Shown: piece after piece, positions 1 through 11,690 of the stretch
How positions within the stretch are numbered: the stretch's first letter is position 1
Layout: every line of letters starts with the position of its first letter
Source of the DNA: Octopus bimaculoides
Lineage: Eukaryota
DNA length: 59,499 nt
Direction of reading: 5' to 3'
Assembly: GCF_001194135.2 (NCBI RefSeq)
Contig: NC_068982.1
Location: 85,573,605-85,633,103, forward strand
Program-made: the position numbers and the translations under genes
The notes under the pieces: model-generated
Seen by the model: only the letters and a program-made list of their open reading frames with translations
Databases searched by the model: none
What the model was told of the DNA's origin: nothing

Positions 1-85
1 AGAATGGAGAAACAAACACAAGAAGAAGCAATTCGGTTGGGCTAGTTAGCCATTGTTTTAATTATGTGGAGATTATATAATGAGT

Positions 86-137
86 CATTTACACATGTTT
101 CAATTTGCCAAATGGTTTGACAGATCTCTTCAGAATG
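86..137 (-). ncRNA. Type I hammerhead ribozyme motif, inverted second copy
   Basis: Reverse complement reads catt-CTGAAGA-gatctgtcaaaccatttggcaaatt-GAAAC-atgt-GTA-aatg. Confidence 0.7.
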
Positions 138-283
138 TTGAGGAGGGAAGGCCAACACAACTTCAACTAAAACGTAACGCTTTCTTTATCTAGCGCTATT
201 ATTATACCACCATATGCATTAATATATCCACTAACTGTTCCTCCTACATCTCTCACACTATGAGCTCTTAATATACTCCTCAA

Positions 284-335
284 CATTCTGAAGAGATCTG
301 CCAAACCATTTGGCAAATTGAAACGTGTGTAAATG
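284..335 (+). ncRNA. Type I hammerhead ribozyme motif (minimal, Penelope-type)
   Basis: Stem I catt/aatg, core CTGAAGA (288-294), stem II gatctgccaa-accat-ttggcaaatt, GAAAC (320-324), 2-bp stem III AC/GT with a GTGT loop, cleavage triplet GTA (329-331). Confidence 0.7.
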
Positions 336-598
336 ACTCATTATACAATCTCCACATAATTAAAACAATGGCTAACTAGCCCAACCGAATTGCTTCTTCG
401 TGTGTTTGTTTCTCCACTATCCACATAACTATAATTATAGACTGCGGTTTAAACAATAAATTACCTGCCTCTGGATACCCTCTAACGAAGACGGTACCCA
501 CACAAGTAATTCCCAGGAGTGCTTCTGGATTTAAACATCCCCTGGTTGCTTGGATACTTCAGACTACCCCTGAAAAATTGAAGCAATCCTATCATTTA

Positions 599-640
<42 letters not shown>

Positions 641-1023
641 CATACATACATATACATATATACACATGTGAATTGTTGGCGGTTTTTTGCCCCTCCATCT
701 TCCTTTTCTATTGGACTTTCCTCTGACTCCTGTTTCTAAAAAGGAGCTTTGCTCAAAACATAAAACCACCTTTCTTTCCTTCCCTGAGTGTCTGCTAATA
801 CTTTACATGTACCATGTGCTCACATTGTTGTTTTTTTGGTGTCTGTTCTTCATGTCTCTGGATGCAGGCTTAGCTAAGTGGAGGTGCTTTTCTCCCCCTT
901 GTAAACATAAGGACACAGGAAATGTGTCAAGGCTGACAGGAAGCAGTGCTGCCTCCTAGGGCTAAATAGCAGTAGTATTATTCCCTTCATGAGACTGTCA
1001 CATTAAGTTGACAGCATACAACT

Positions 1024-1072
<49 letters not shown>

Positions 1073-1074
1073 GT

Positions 1075-1280
1075 CTTTGTGTTTGTGTTTGTCTCTGCAT
1101 CATCACTTGACAACTGGTGTTGGTGTGTTTATGTCCCTGGAACTTAGCAGTTTGGCAAAAGTGACTGATAGAATAAGTACTAGGCTTACAAAGAATAAGT
1201 CCTGAGGTTGATTCCTTCAACTAATAACCCTTTAAGGCAGTGCTCCAGCATGGCCACAGTCAAATGGCTGAAACAAAAAA
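1075..1280 (+). mobile_element. SINE 3' half (same family as 4187-4704)
   Basis: tgttggtgtgtttatgtccc...gatagaataagtac...gctccagcatggcc also found at 4545-4690 and 5575-5664. Confidence 0.7.
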
Positions 1281-1404
1281 TACATATATATATTACAGCA
1301 ATGCTTTCAGTTAAGTGCTTGAGTATCACCCTATAACTTCTGTAGAGCTTCAAACATGAAGTGCAGTTTATTTGGGAAAACATTTACATGTAAATATATA
1401 TATA

Positions 1405-2034
1405 CTAGCAGAGGCACCCGGCGTTGCTCGGGAATGAAATTGTTGCTTATATACTTGAAGAAAAAAAGGCAAAATATGCTGTATAGAAATTTGAGGACAT
1501 TCTGTAGATGGACTCTCAGATGAATGATGCCTGGGCGCCTCTCATGAATGGGAAAATTGAAGATGTGCCAAAAAGCCTCATTGGTACTTGGAAACTTTTA
1601 CAAAAATTAAAATAGGGATTAAATGAAAAAAATGATTTGCATGAATATCCTCACAAGAGTAATTGAAATAAATGGCGATTGTGGAACCTCCCACGCACGC
1701 ACGCGCGCACGCATACACACGTGTGTCTTTGTAAATATGTTTGTATACATTTATGTATGTGTGTGTTTGTAAGAGACAGAGTGTGAGTGAGTCAAGGGGT
1801 GTGTTGTCATATTTATGCATGTACGTATACATGACAACAAACCTCTCTCTCTCATTCACACTCTGTCTCTTACAAACACACACATACATAAATGTATACA
1901 AACATATTTACAAAGACACACGTGTGTATGCGTGTGTGTGTTGTGAGAAAGAGAGAGAGTGAGTTGTTACGTCAATACCGGAAGTTGACATTGAGGAACC
2001 TTTTTAAAGAAGTGAATCTTAAATATAAAGCAAT
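1405..2034 (-). mobile_element. Non-autonomous Helitron, 3' end; 5' end lost in gap
   Basis: Minus strand cccgagcaacgccggg hairpin then CTAG (1405-1408); same terminus as 33960-33987. Confidence 0.7.
1708..1934. repeat. 84-bp near-perfect inverted repeat (1708-1791 / 1851-1934) with a further 9-bp stem in the spacer
   Basis: Arms differ at one position; tgttgtcat/atgacaaca pair inside the loop. Confidence 0.85.
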
Positions 2035-2411
2035 NNNNNNNNNNNNNNNNNNNNNNNNNNNNNNNNNNNNNNNNNNNNNNNNNNNNNNNNNNNNNNNNNN
2101 NNNNNNNNNNNNNNNNNNNNNNNNNNNNNNNNNNNNNNNNNNNNNNNNNNNNNNNNNNNNNNNNNNNNNNNNNNNNNNNNNNNNNNNNNNNNNNNNNNNN
2201 NNNNNNNNNNNNNNNNNNNNNNNNNNNNNNNNNNNNNNNNNNNNNNNNNNNNNNNNNNNNNNNNNNNNNNNNNNNNNNNNNNNNNNNNNNNNNNNNNNNN
2301 NNNNNNNNNNNNNNNNNNNNNNNNNNNNNNNNNNNNNNNNNNNNNNNNNNNNNNNNNNNNNNNNNNNNNNNNNNNNNNNNNNNNNNNNNNNNNNNNNNNN
2401 NNNNNNNNNNN

Positions 2412-2448
<37 letters not shown>

Positions 2449-2461
2449 CAACAGTTTTTTT

Positions 2462-2580
2462 TAGTTTCTGTCTACTGAACCCTTTCACAAAGCATTGGTC
2501 AATCTGGGGCCGTAGTAGAATATACTTGCTTGAAATTCCATGAAGTGGGGTTAAACCTGAAACCACATGGTTGGGAAACC
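2462..2580 (-). mobile_element. tRNA-derived SINE fragment
   Basis: Reverse-complement similarity to the SINE head at 4187-4346. Confidence 0.6.
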
Positions 2581-3122
2581 ATGCCATGCCATGCCTACTC
2601 TTGTTTTGATATGAAGTGATGATTGTAAATGAGTATATGGTGTTCTTTTCCCTCATATGGTAATGTTGTTTTTTCCGGTCTCTATGAGAACCTTGTCTGG
2701 TCATGGGGAATTATTACTTTGGTTGGAAACAGGTAAGGGTTGACTGCAGGAATAATGTCCAGCTATAGAAAACCTGCCTCAACAAATTCTATATGATCCA
2801 TTATAAGCACAGAAAAGTGGATGTTAAATGATAATAACTATGATATAAACACACACACTCTCACACAAGGACATATGAAGGGAGCATTCTTCTCATGAAG
2901 ACTGAAAATATCTCATGGCATGAACACAATGCCAAAGAGGAGATTTATAAGCATCTTCCACCCATCTCTACTATTGGCACTCAGTGTAAGGTAGGTTTTG
3001 CTGATCTGCACAGGTTATGAGTGCTGGCTCTCCTATTCTCTGTCTCTCCTTAGTCTGTTATTATTATTTTTTTTTTGCTATTTTCACAAAACTAAAACAA
3101 TGTTTGTTATAGTATATAAAAT

Positions 3123-3214
3123 TGCTTCTCCTTTAACCTGTAACCTGCTTCTCCTTTAACCTGTAACCTGCTTCTCCTTTAACCTGTAACCTGCTTCTCC
3201 TTTAACTTGTAAAC
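3123..3214. repeat. 23-bp tandem repeat x4
   Basis: Unit tgcttctcctttaacctgtaacc. Confidence 0.95.
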
Positions 3215-3492
3215 TTATGAGTATATGCATTTCTGACTTCTTTTTATAGGTATAGTATGTAAAGCTTTATTATTTAAAATCCCTTTTAGAGACAATAGGA
3301 TGTATGATTTGAAGGATTTTTGGTTCCTACTTTTAGCAAATCAAGCGGCTACATGGAAGCACTTGCTTTGGCTTGTAGTATATAAAGTTTGTTATTGTGG
3401 CTAGAATATCTTAATAATATTCCTTTTTTTAATTGTTGCTATTGATGATGGATGATGGTTTTCATGACATTAAGTGCTTTCTTTCATTGCAG

Positions 3493-3598
3493 GTTACCAC
3501 AAGACTAAAATGTCACAAAATACAGCCTCACTGGGTATTTGCTTTTGACAATTTTCTGCGAGAAGCTATAACGTCTACATCTCTCTTACTTACACCAG
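3493..3598 (+). CDS. ASK1: ASK-family MAP3K (MAP3K5/MAP3K15-like) internal exon, post-kinase helical region
   Basis: ttgcag|GTT...CCAG|gtaggt; encodes VTTRLKCHKIQPHWVFAFDNFLREAITSTSLLLTP, which resembles human ASK1 [35 protein letters not shown] (recalled); phase 0->1. Confidence 0.9.
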
Positions 3599-3766
3599 GT
3601 AGGTCTGATATCTAGTTGATATTCTTATATTATGCAATTGTGTATACTTTTGGGGTTTTTTTTTGTGATGTCTTTGCAGCTTTAATAAAAAAAAGTATAT
3701 TACTCTACCTTCAGTATTCGAGTACTACTTTTTCCACCTTGTTTTGCATTGCATCTATGTGCTTAC

Positions 3767-3768
<2 letters not shown>

Positions 3769-3838
<70 letters not shown>
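3769..3838. repeat. Compound (TG)n(TA)n microsatellite; further (TA)n at 601-636, 1027-1066, 13437-13468 and (GA)n at 20066-20107
   Basis: Direct reading. Confidence 0.95.
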
Positions 3839-3842
<4 letters not shown>

Positions 3843-3880
3843 CTCCTTCTCTGTTTTTCTCTTTCTCAGTTTTATACATA

Positions 3881-4910
3881 CAAGGATGAGCTGGAAAGTT
3901 CATTGGCTGACTATGGAGGAGTGATTCTAGAGTTGTAAAATCTTGTATGCATTAATTTCAACTCTTCTTATTAATAACCTCATTGTTTATTTCCAGGTAA
4001 ACTGATACCTGACTGTTCAAAGAACACTTCAAAACCAGCTGCTAGCAACTTTCTCTTGAAAGTGGACAAAATTTGGCATTGTGGTGATATCAAGTACCTA
4101 CAAAAAATGGGTTTAGTCCCCAATGACATTCATGCTAACATGGTCGCTACAATAGGAGATAAAACTTCTGCTTTATCATCAGTCACAGGAGTGGCTGTGT
4201 GGTAAGAAGCTTGTTTCCCAATCACATGGTTCCAGGTTCAGTCCCACTGTGTGGCATGTTGGGCAAGTGTCTTCTACTATAGCCTCGGGCCAACTAAAGA
4301 CTTGTGAGTGAATTTGGTAGACAGAAACTGAAAGAAGCCCATCGTANNNNNNNNNNNNNNNNNNNNNNNNNNNNNNNNNNNNNNNNNNNNNNNNNNNNNN
4401 NNNNNNNNNNNNNNNNNNNNNNNNNNNNNNNNNNNNNNNNNNNNNNNNNNNNNNNNNNNNNNNNNNNNNNNNNNNNNNNNNNNNNNNNNNNNNNNNNATA
4501 TATATGTATGTATGTGTTTGTCCCCCACCATCACTTGACAACCGATGTTGGTGTGTTTATGTCCCCATGACTTAGCGGTTTGGCAAAAAGAGACCTATAG
4601 AATAAGTATTAGGATTACAAAGAATAAGTTCTGGGGTCGATTTATTCGACTAAAGGCAATGCTCCAGTATGGCTGCAGTCAAATGACTGAAACAAGTAAA
4701 AGAGTACAAAAATGGGCACCTAAATTTAGGAGGGAAGGGGGAGTCTTGAAGATGACTCAAAGTCTGGACATACTGCAAATGCCACCACCAAGGGAAATAT
4801 TGATTGTATTCACCACATGATGATGGATGACTGGAATATGATAATAGCCAATATCATTTACTAACATTCCATGAGAGTATCTTTGTCAGCCTATGAACTT
4901 TTCAGCCTCA
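3881..4910 (+). mobile_element. Internally deleted mariner, interrupted by a SINE
   Basis: TA at 3879-80 and 4911-12; TIRs gctggaaagttcattggctgac / gtcagcctatgaacttttcagc; transposase N-terminal KYLQKMGLVPNDIHANMVAT before the SINE and VQKWAPKFRR...SLEDDSKSG after it. Confidence 0.8.
4187..4704 (+). mobile_element. tRNA-derived SINE (cephalopod-type), spans a gap
   Basis: A-box-like tggctgtgtgg and B-box-like ggttcagtccc; several dispersed copies in the window. Confidence 0.85.
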
Positions 4911-5025
4911 TATTTATGTCTACAGATACTTGCCTACATGCTTAAATATATCATTGTTGTCTCTACACATGCTCTGAAACAAATTATAAGCACTAAAATA
5001 TTTTTGCTTATCTCTTCTAACCTAG

Positions 5026-5146
5026 GGTCTGCTTCAGCTGCGGAAAGTTTGTCAACTCCTGCCACTTCAACAAAATCTGCTTCCTGTATTCTCCGCTCCA
5101 CTTCTACAAATGAAGCTGTACAACAGATGAGAGATGAAATACAAAA
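5026..5146 (+). CDS. ASK1: ASK-family MAP3K exon, Ser/Thr linker and start of coiled coil
   Basis: cctag|GG...AA|gtaagc; (G)SASAAESLSTPATSTKSASCILRSTSTNEAVQQMRDEIQ; phase 1->2, compatible with neighbouring exons. Confidence 0.8.
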
Positions 5147-5372
5147 GTAAGCTTAAGCACCTCCAGAGTTTTATTGAAAAGAAAAGATAACAAGTGTATT
5201 GAAAAAGTTTTTAACAATATTCCTTCTATGGAGGTTAAGCTATAGAACTAACTACACCAGAAAGAAAAACCCATCGAATTTATTTTTTTAAATAGATGTG
5301 ATAAAAGGCAAATTTAGTGTGAAAACTGCACTGCAAATTATTTGATAAAAATATGGCTATAAGTGATATAGA

Positions 5373-5664
5373 TGCAGGAGTGGCTGTGTGATAAGTAGCT
5401 TGCTTACCAACCACATGGTTCCGGGTTCAGTCCCACTACATGACACATTGGGCAAGTGTCTTCTACTATAGCTTCAGGCTGACCAAAGCTTTGTGAGTGG
5501 ATTTGGTAGATGGAAACTGAAAGAAGCCCATCGTATGCGTGTGTGTCTGTGTTTGTCCCCCCAACATCACTTGACAACCGATGCTGGTGTGTTTATGTCC
5601 CCATAACTTAGCAGTTCAGCCAAAGAGACTGATAGAATAAGTACCAGACTTACAAAGAATAAGT
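5373..5664 (+). mobile_element. tRNA-derived SINE
   Basis: Same head and body as 4187-4704; runs into the gap. Confidence 0.85.
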
Positions 5665-6571
5665 NNNNNNNNNNNNNNNNNNNNNNNNNNNNNNNNNNNN
5701 NNNNNNNNNNNNNNNNNNNNNNNNNNNNNNNNNNNNNNNNNNNNNNNNNNNNNNNNNNNNNNNNNNNNNNNNNNNNNNNNNNNNNNNNNNNNNNNNNNNN
5801 NNNNNNNNNNNNNNNNNNNNNNNNNNNNNNNNNNNNNNNNNNNNNNNNNNNNNNNNNNNNNNNNNNNNNNNNNNNNNNNNNNNNNNNNNNNNNNNNNNNN
5901 NNNNNNNNNNNNNNNNNNNNNNNNNNNNNNNNNNNNNNNNNNNNNNNNNNNNNNNNNNNNNNNNNNNNNNNNNNNNNNNNNNNNNNNNNNNNNNNNNNNN
6001 NNNNNNNNNNNNNNNNNNNNNNNNNNNNNNNNNNNNNNNNNNNNNNNNNNNNNNNNNNNNNNNNNNNNNNNNNNNNNNNNNNNNNNNNNNNNNNNNNNNN
6101 NNNNNNNNNNNNNNNNNNNNNNNNNNNNNNNNNNNNNNNNNNNNNNNNNNNNNNNNNNNNNNNNNNNNNNNNNNNNNNNNNNNNNNNNNNNNNNNNNNNN
6201 NNNNNNNNNNNNNNNNNNNNNNNNNNNNNNNNNNNNNNNNNNNNNNNNNNNNNNNNNNNNNNNNNNNNNNNNNNNNNNNNNNNNNNNNNNNNNNNNNNNN
6301 NNNNNNNNNNNNNNNNNNNNNNNNNNNNNNNNNNNNNNNNNNNNNNNNNNNNNNNNNNNNNNNNNNNNNNNNNNNNNNNNNNNNNNNNNNNNNNNNNNNN
6401 NNNNNNNNNNNNNNNNNNNNNNNNNNNNNNNNNNNNNNNNNNNNNNNNNNNNNNNNNNNNNNNNNNNNNNNNNNNNNNNNNNNNNNNNNNNNNNNNNNNN
6501 NNNNNNNNNNNNNNNNNNNNNNNNNNNNNNNNNNNNNNNNNNNNNNNNNNNNNNNNNNNNNNNNNNNNNNN

Positions 6572-7897
6572 ATTACTCATTTCAGGAAGAGAAATAGGGA
6601 TCTGACTTCATGCTTCTCTGTTGATGGACCACTTTGTTTCAGTAATAACACTGATGAGTTATTTCGCTGCTTGTTCCAAGAGCATGTTCCAGCTGAATGG
6701 CACTTATTCATCGATTCATCTAAGAGAAGCCTCAAGGTAGTACTACTACACAACGGCAATAAGAAACCATCCATTCCCATAGGACATTCAGTGCACATGA
6801 AGGAGTGTTATGAAAACATGCAAGTACTCCTCAATGCCATAAAGTATACAAACTACAGCTGGAAAATATGTGGAGACATGAAAGTGATTGGAATATTGAT
6901 GGGAATGCAATCTGGGTTCACGAAATATTGTTGCTTTTTATGCCTGTGGGATAGTCGCGCAACTAACAAGCACTATGTGCAATCAGAGTGGCCTTTGTGA
7001 AAAATAATATGAGCCGGGAGTTTCTAGCGTTCAGAGCAAGCCACTTTTAAACTTAGAAAATGTTCTTCTTCCCCCTCTTCACATAAAGCTTGGCCTCATG
7101 AAACAATTCATGAAGACACTTGCTCTGAAAAGTTCAAAAGGTTTTGAATATGTGAAGGCCAAATTTCCAAAAGTCACCGAGGCAAAACTGAAGGGTGGTG
7201 TATTCATAGGTCCACAGATAACAGAACTCCTGAAGGACAACCACTTCCTCACAGCACTCGATGAGATTGAGCTTAAAGCCTGGGAATCCTTCAAATGGCT
7301 CTGTGAAAATTTCCTAGGCAACAAGAGATCTCTAGAGTTTAGAAATGGAGTGAAATGTCTTCTAGACTCCTATGCTGCAATGGGCTGTCGGATGTCACTA
7401 AAAATCCACTTCCTTGATTCACATCTGGATTTTTTTGCAGAGAACCTTGGAGCAGTGTCTGATGAGCAAGGGGAACGCTTTCATCAAGATATTGCATCGA
7501 TGGAACAATGATATCAAGGATTTTGGAATGCAGGAATGTTAACTGACTACTGTTGGATGTTATACAGGGATGAACCTGAGACAAAACACCATAGAAAGTC
7601 CAAATCCCAAAGATTTTAAGTTGTTATGCATTCGAGTGTATTCCAACTTATTTGTACACAATAATTTTAATTTTGTACAATAAAAAGCCATGAAATTATC
7701 GTATCTTGTATTCATTATACTTTATATAGATATGCTTTACGTATCCTATAAGTTAAAACAGTAGGTATCATTAACACGAAAATGTGACCTGATAGAGGAA
7801 ATCGGACTTCAGATTCGTAATCAGCATCAAAAATTAACCCAGAAAAGTCAATCAGCAACTCTGATGATTAAAAAAAGTTTCATTTTGTTGACCAGTG
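6572..7897 (+). mobile_element. Chapaev3-like (CMC/Transib-related) DNA transposon with a disrupted transposase
   Basis: Motifs FIDSSKRSLKVVLLHNGN, ICGDMK..GMQSGFTKYCCFLC, PPLHIKLG, KIHFLDSH, SDEQGERFHQDI; right end reads CACTGGTCAACAAA on the minus strand; a frameshift and stops near 6998-7012 and a stop at 7509; superfamily name recalled, not searched. Confidence 0.7.
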
Positions 7898-8939
7898 TTA
7901 TGACTGTTGTCATAAAAACACTAACTGATGTACACAGGCGAAATAGCTATGTTGATATACCATAATTTGAATGAAAGATGTTTACTAGATGAAAAAAATT
8001 GTTCTGTGTAAGCTTAGATCAGCTCTGATTGAAGCTTTCTAGCCTTGACCATCCAGTTTTTTAAAAGTGTCTATAACTACACTTCTAATGTATCTTTCTT
8101 TTTAAGAGGGTAGCATGTGGGTCTTCCATATATGATAATGCAAGATCAGGATATAATAAAAGAGAATGTTATGGGAAAATAGATATCATGATGGCAGAAA
8201 CAGCAAATGGTTTGTTAGTAATGGTCATGATAACCAAAATTATTTAAAGTTTTAGAGTAACAATAGGTATAAAATCTAAATTTTAAGGAATCTAGTTTAG
8301 TATCTGATTATTCTGTGATCATCCTTCTGGCATCAATCAAATAAATACAGAATTTAGATACTGCACTAGGTACAATCAACTACCCCTCTACCAAGATTGT
8401 AACCTTGTACTTATATGAGAAATCTTTATTATCATTAGTATTACAGTAGTACTCTAAACAGTTGTGAGCTTTACTGTAGGTAATTTAACATCATTCTACT
8501 GTAAGCTCAAAACTCAAATGGCCTAATAAAAGGAAATATTAATGACTGCTTTCCAGCAGGCATCACTTCAATTATAAGTAAAATATCAGCTAGTTCCTGT
8601 ACTCTATCATCATCATTATATTTAAAGTGCATATGCTATGACATAGACAATTAAGACTCATTATATCACTAATAATTATCTAATCAACCATAGTGGAATA
8701 CATTGTTATGCCAATCCTTTTGCATCTTATTCACTTGTTTTTAAATATTGCATAAAAATGAAGAGATATCTTGATCCTGACATCCTCATTAACTCATGGT
8801 AGGTAATATTTCAGTTTTGGGTTGTTATGCTAATCTGTTTCTAATAGAGTGAAATTCTTACTTCTTATCAAAATGAGCTTTGTTGGCAGATTTGATTGTA
8901 TTTGAATTTATATTTCACAATCTTTTCTCTGTTTCCCAG

Positions 8940-9020
8940 GTTATTGAAACAATTATTGGATACACTAAGTTCTTTGCACCAGACTTTCATTGACTGGAAA
9001 ATGCAGCAAGAAAAACACAA
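8940..9020 (+). CDS. ASK1: ASK-family MAP3K exon, C-terminal coiled coil
   Basis: tttcccag|G...AA|gttagt; (K)LLKQLLDTLSSLHQTFIDWKMQQEKH; phase 2->2. Confidence 0.8.
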
Positions 9021-9175
9021 GTTAGTCTATTTTCTTTTCCACTCATATGTATGTATGTATGATTGTATGCATGCACACATACATACGTACGTACATACGA
9101 ACACACATACATACATGCATGCATGCATAAAATAAAAATGGAGATTCAGTCTTGATTTAATCTGCTATGTATAAG

Positions 9176-10418
9176 AACTAGAGAAGTTTAAGGTGTGGAA
9201 GCAAGGACTAGAATTGAAGGGCCTTAGAGTCAACCTAGCAAAAACCAAAATCCTAATAAGTAGGAAGGTAGATAAAACACAAACCCCTTCAGGTAGATGG
9301 CCCTGCTCAGTATGCAGTAAAGGAGTAGGTAGTAACTCTATAAGATGTACCCGGTGCAAGCTATGGACACATAGCAATATCAAAGGCAGATTAACTACAA
9401 AGTTAGTTTTTGTATGTGGCAGATGTTCAGGTGCAATAAACACTGTAAACAAACAGGAAACAACTTCTATCTCATTCCAGGGAGAAAAACTAGAGGTAGT
9501 TGATAGCTTCCGCTATCTGGGTGACCAAGTTAGTAGTGGGGGTGGGTNNNNNNNNNNNNNNNNNNNNNNNNNNNNNNNNNNNNNNNNNNNNNNNNNNNNN
9601 NNNNNNNNNNNNNNNNNNNNNNNNNNNNNNNNNNNNNNNNNNNNNNNNNNNNNNNNNNNNNNNNNNNNNNNNNNNNNNNNNNNNNNNNNNNNNNNNNNNN
9701 NNNNNNNNNNNNNNNNNNNNNNNNNNNNNNNNNNNNNNNNNNNNNNNNNNNNNNNNNNNNNNNNNNNNNNNNNNNNNNNNNNNNNNNNNNNNNNNNNNNN
9801 NNNNNNNNNNNNNNNNNNNNNNNNNNNNNNNNNNNNNNNNNNNNNNNNNNNNNNNNNNNNNNNNNNNNNNNNNNNNNNNNNNNNNNNNNNNNNNNNNNNN
9901 NNNNNNNNNNNNNNNNNNNNNNNNNNNNNNNNNNNNNNNNNNNNNNNNNNNNNNNNNNNNNNNNNNNNNNNNNNNNNNNNNNNNNNNNNNNNNNNNNNNN
10001 NNNNNNNNNNNNNNNNNNNNNNNNNNNNNNNNNNNNNNNNNNNNNNNNNNNNNNNNNNNNNNNNNNNNNNNNNNNNNNNNNNNNNNNNNNGACTACTGAC
10101 CGAGGCCTTTGGAAATGTGCTGTGCGTAAGAAGACCCGGCAAGCCAAGTGAGATCGTTGCCAGTGCCCCTGGACTGGCTCTTGTGTGGGTGGCACATAAA
10201 AGACACCATTTCGAGCATGGCCGTTTTCGTGCGGGTGACACGTAAAAGCACCCACTACACTCTCTGAGTGGTTGGCGTTAGGAAGGGCATCCAGCTGTAG
10301 AAACTCTGCCAAATTAGATTGGAGCCTGGTGTAGCCATCCGGTTGCACCAGTCCTCAGTCAAATCGTCCAACCCATGCTAGCATGGAAAGCGGACATTAA
10401 ACGATGATGATGATGATG
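9176..10418 (+). mobile_element. 5'-truncated RTE-clade LINE with (GAT)n tail, spans a gap
   Basis: WKQGLELKGLRVNLAKTK...EVVDSFRYLGD; 3' tail tccaacccatgctagcatggaaagcggacattaaac(gat)n. Confidence 0.85.
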
Positions 10419-10499
10419 AATGGCATATATCAAAATGCTGCAATGCATCCCTCTCTCTCGGAGAGGCACAAGCACATACACAGACATATACACATGCGG

Positions 10500-10642
10500 C
10501 GGTAACTGCTGCCTACCAAATTCAATCACAAAGCTTCGGTCGGCCCGGGGCTATAGCAGAAGACACTTGCCCAAGGTGCCACGCAGTTGGACTGAACACA
10601 AAATCATGTAACTGGGAAGCAAACTTCCTAACCACAGAGCCA
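10500..10642 (-). mobile_element. tRNA-derived SINE head
   Basis: Reverse-complement similarity to 4187-4346. Confidence 0.7.
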
Positions 10643-11099
10643 GTTATGCATATTTAATCAGTCCCAAATTTGGTCAGTTAAAATGCTACAGTGGGAGAGG
10701 AATTCTACACCATCCTATTCTTATCAGAGCTATATAATCACTGCTTATATTGCTGAACATTTTAAGGAAGTTAATTGTAAATTTGGATCAACTCATCCCA
10801 ACACTGAAAAGAATGTCTTCTTTCAGCTATGCATAGCTTACATTTTTTTTTTTTATCTGTTAACATAGGGTGTTGATTTTTGTGACTATTTTCCACTTTG
10901 TTGTATGTGGTGTGGCATTCAATTTCAAACCCCATGTGTGACTAACCAACTTAGTAGCTTTACTTTTGTCCCTGTGTCAGAAGGAAGGCATGTAATTAGC
11001 ATAGCAATTTTTGAATTCTCTTTCATATAGTCCGTGAGAGCCTGCAGTGACCTTTGTAAGGTAGTGTGCTGAGTGACACCTCTGTGTTTACTTCGCAAG

Positions 11100-11690
11100 T
11101 TGTGAAATTTGTGTTTTTGTGATCACATGTATGTTGTAGTCTGTGATTTTTGTCATGGACAGGAAGTTGGAACAAAAAGCCGATGTGAAATTTGGCGTTA
11201 AACTAGGGAAGTCTGCTACAGAGACATTGACATGCTTTAGCAAACTTACAACAACAAGGCAATGAGTCTTAATGTAATGTTTCAAGTAGCATGGGCACTT
11301 CAAAAGTGGAAGAACATCTCTGGAATATGATTTGCAATCTGGAAGACCTACCATGAGCATCCCATCTGGAAATGTGGAGAAAATTCATCAGCTTGTGCAT
11401 GAGGATTGTCAGAGGACAATTAATGATGATTTGAAACATTTGAGGGAGTACATTCAGTAAAAGCAACTGGATCTGTGGAGTGCAAAGAATTGGATTCTTC
11501 ACAACAACAATTCATCCTGTCACCAACCTTTCCTCACTCATGAGTTTCTCACCAAAAACGTGTTATTGCTTTCACATTCACCCTATTCACCAGATTTAGC
11601 ACTTGCAGACTTCCATCTCTTCTCCAAGATGAAAGTGCAGCTCAGAGTTTGCCATTTTGACACTATTGTTGAGATCAAGCACATAAATTG
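11100..11690 (+). mobile_element. Degenerate, internally deleted mariner transposase
   Basis: MDRKLEQKADVKFGVKLGKSATET N-terminus and HSPYSPDLALADFHLFSKMK (YSPDL motif). Confidence 0.75.

Larger units (their letters stand above)
5..416. repeat. 141-bp inverted repeat (5-145 / 276-416), probable Penelope-like pseudo-LTR pair
   Basis: Arms differ at 4 positions; 130-bp spacer; each arm carries a hammerhead motif. Confidence 0.9.

Noticed and set aside
730-765. Hammerhead-like remnant ctaaaaa-ggagc-ttt-gctc-aaaac
   Set aside because: Both conserved core segments (CTGANGA, GAAA) are mutated; at best a dead copy
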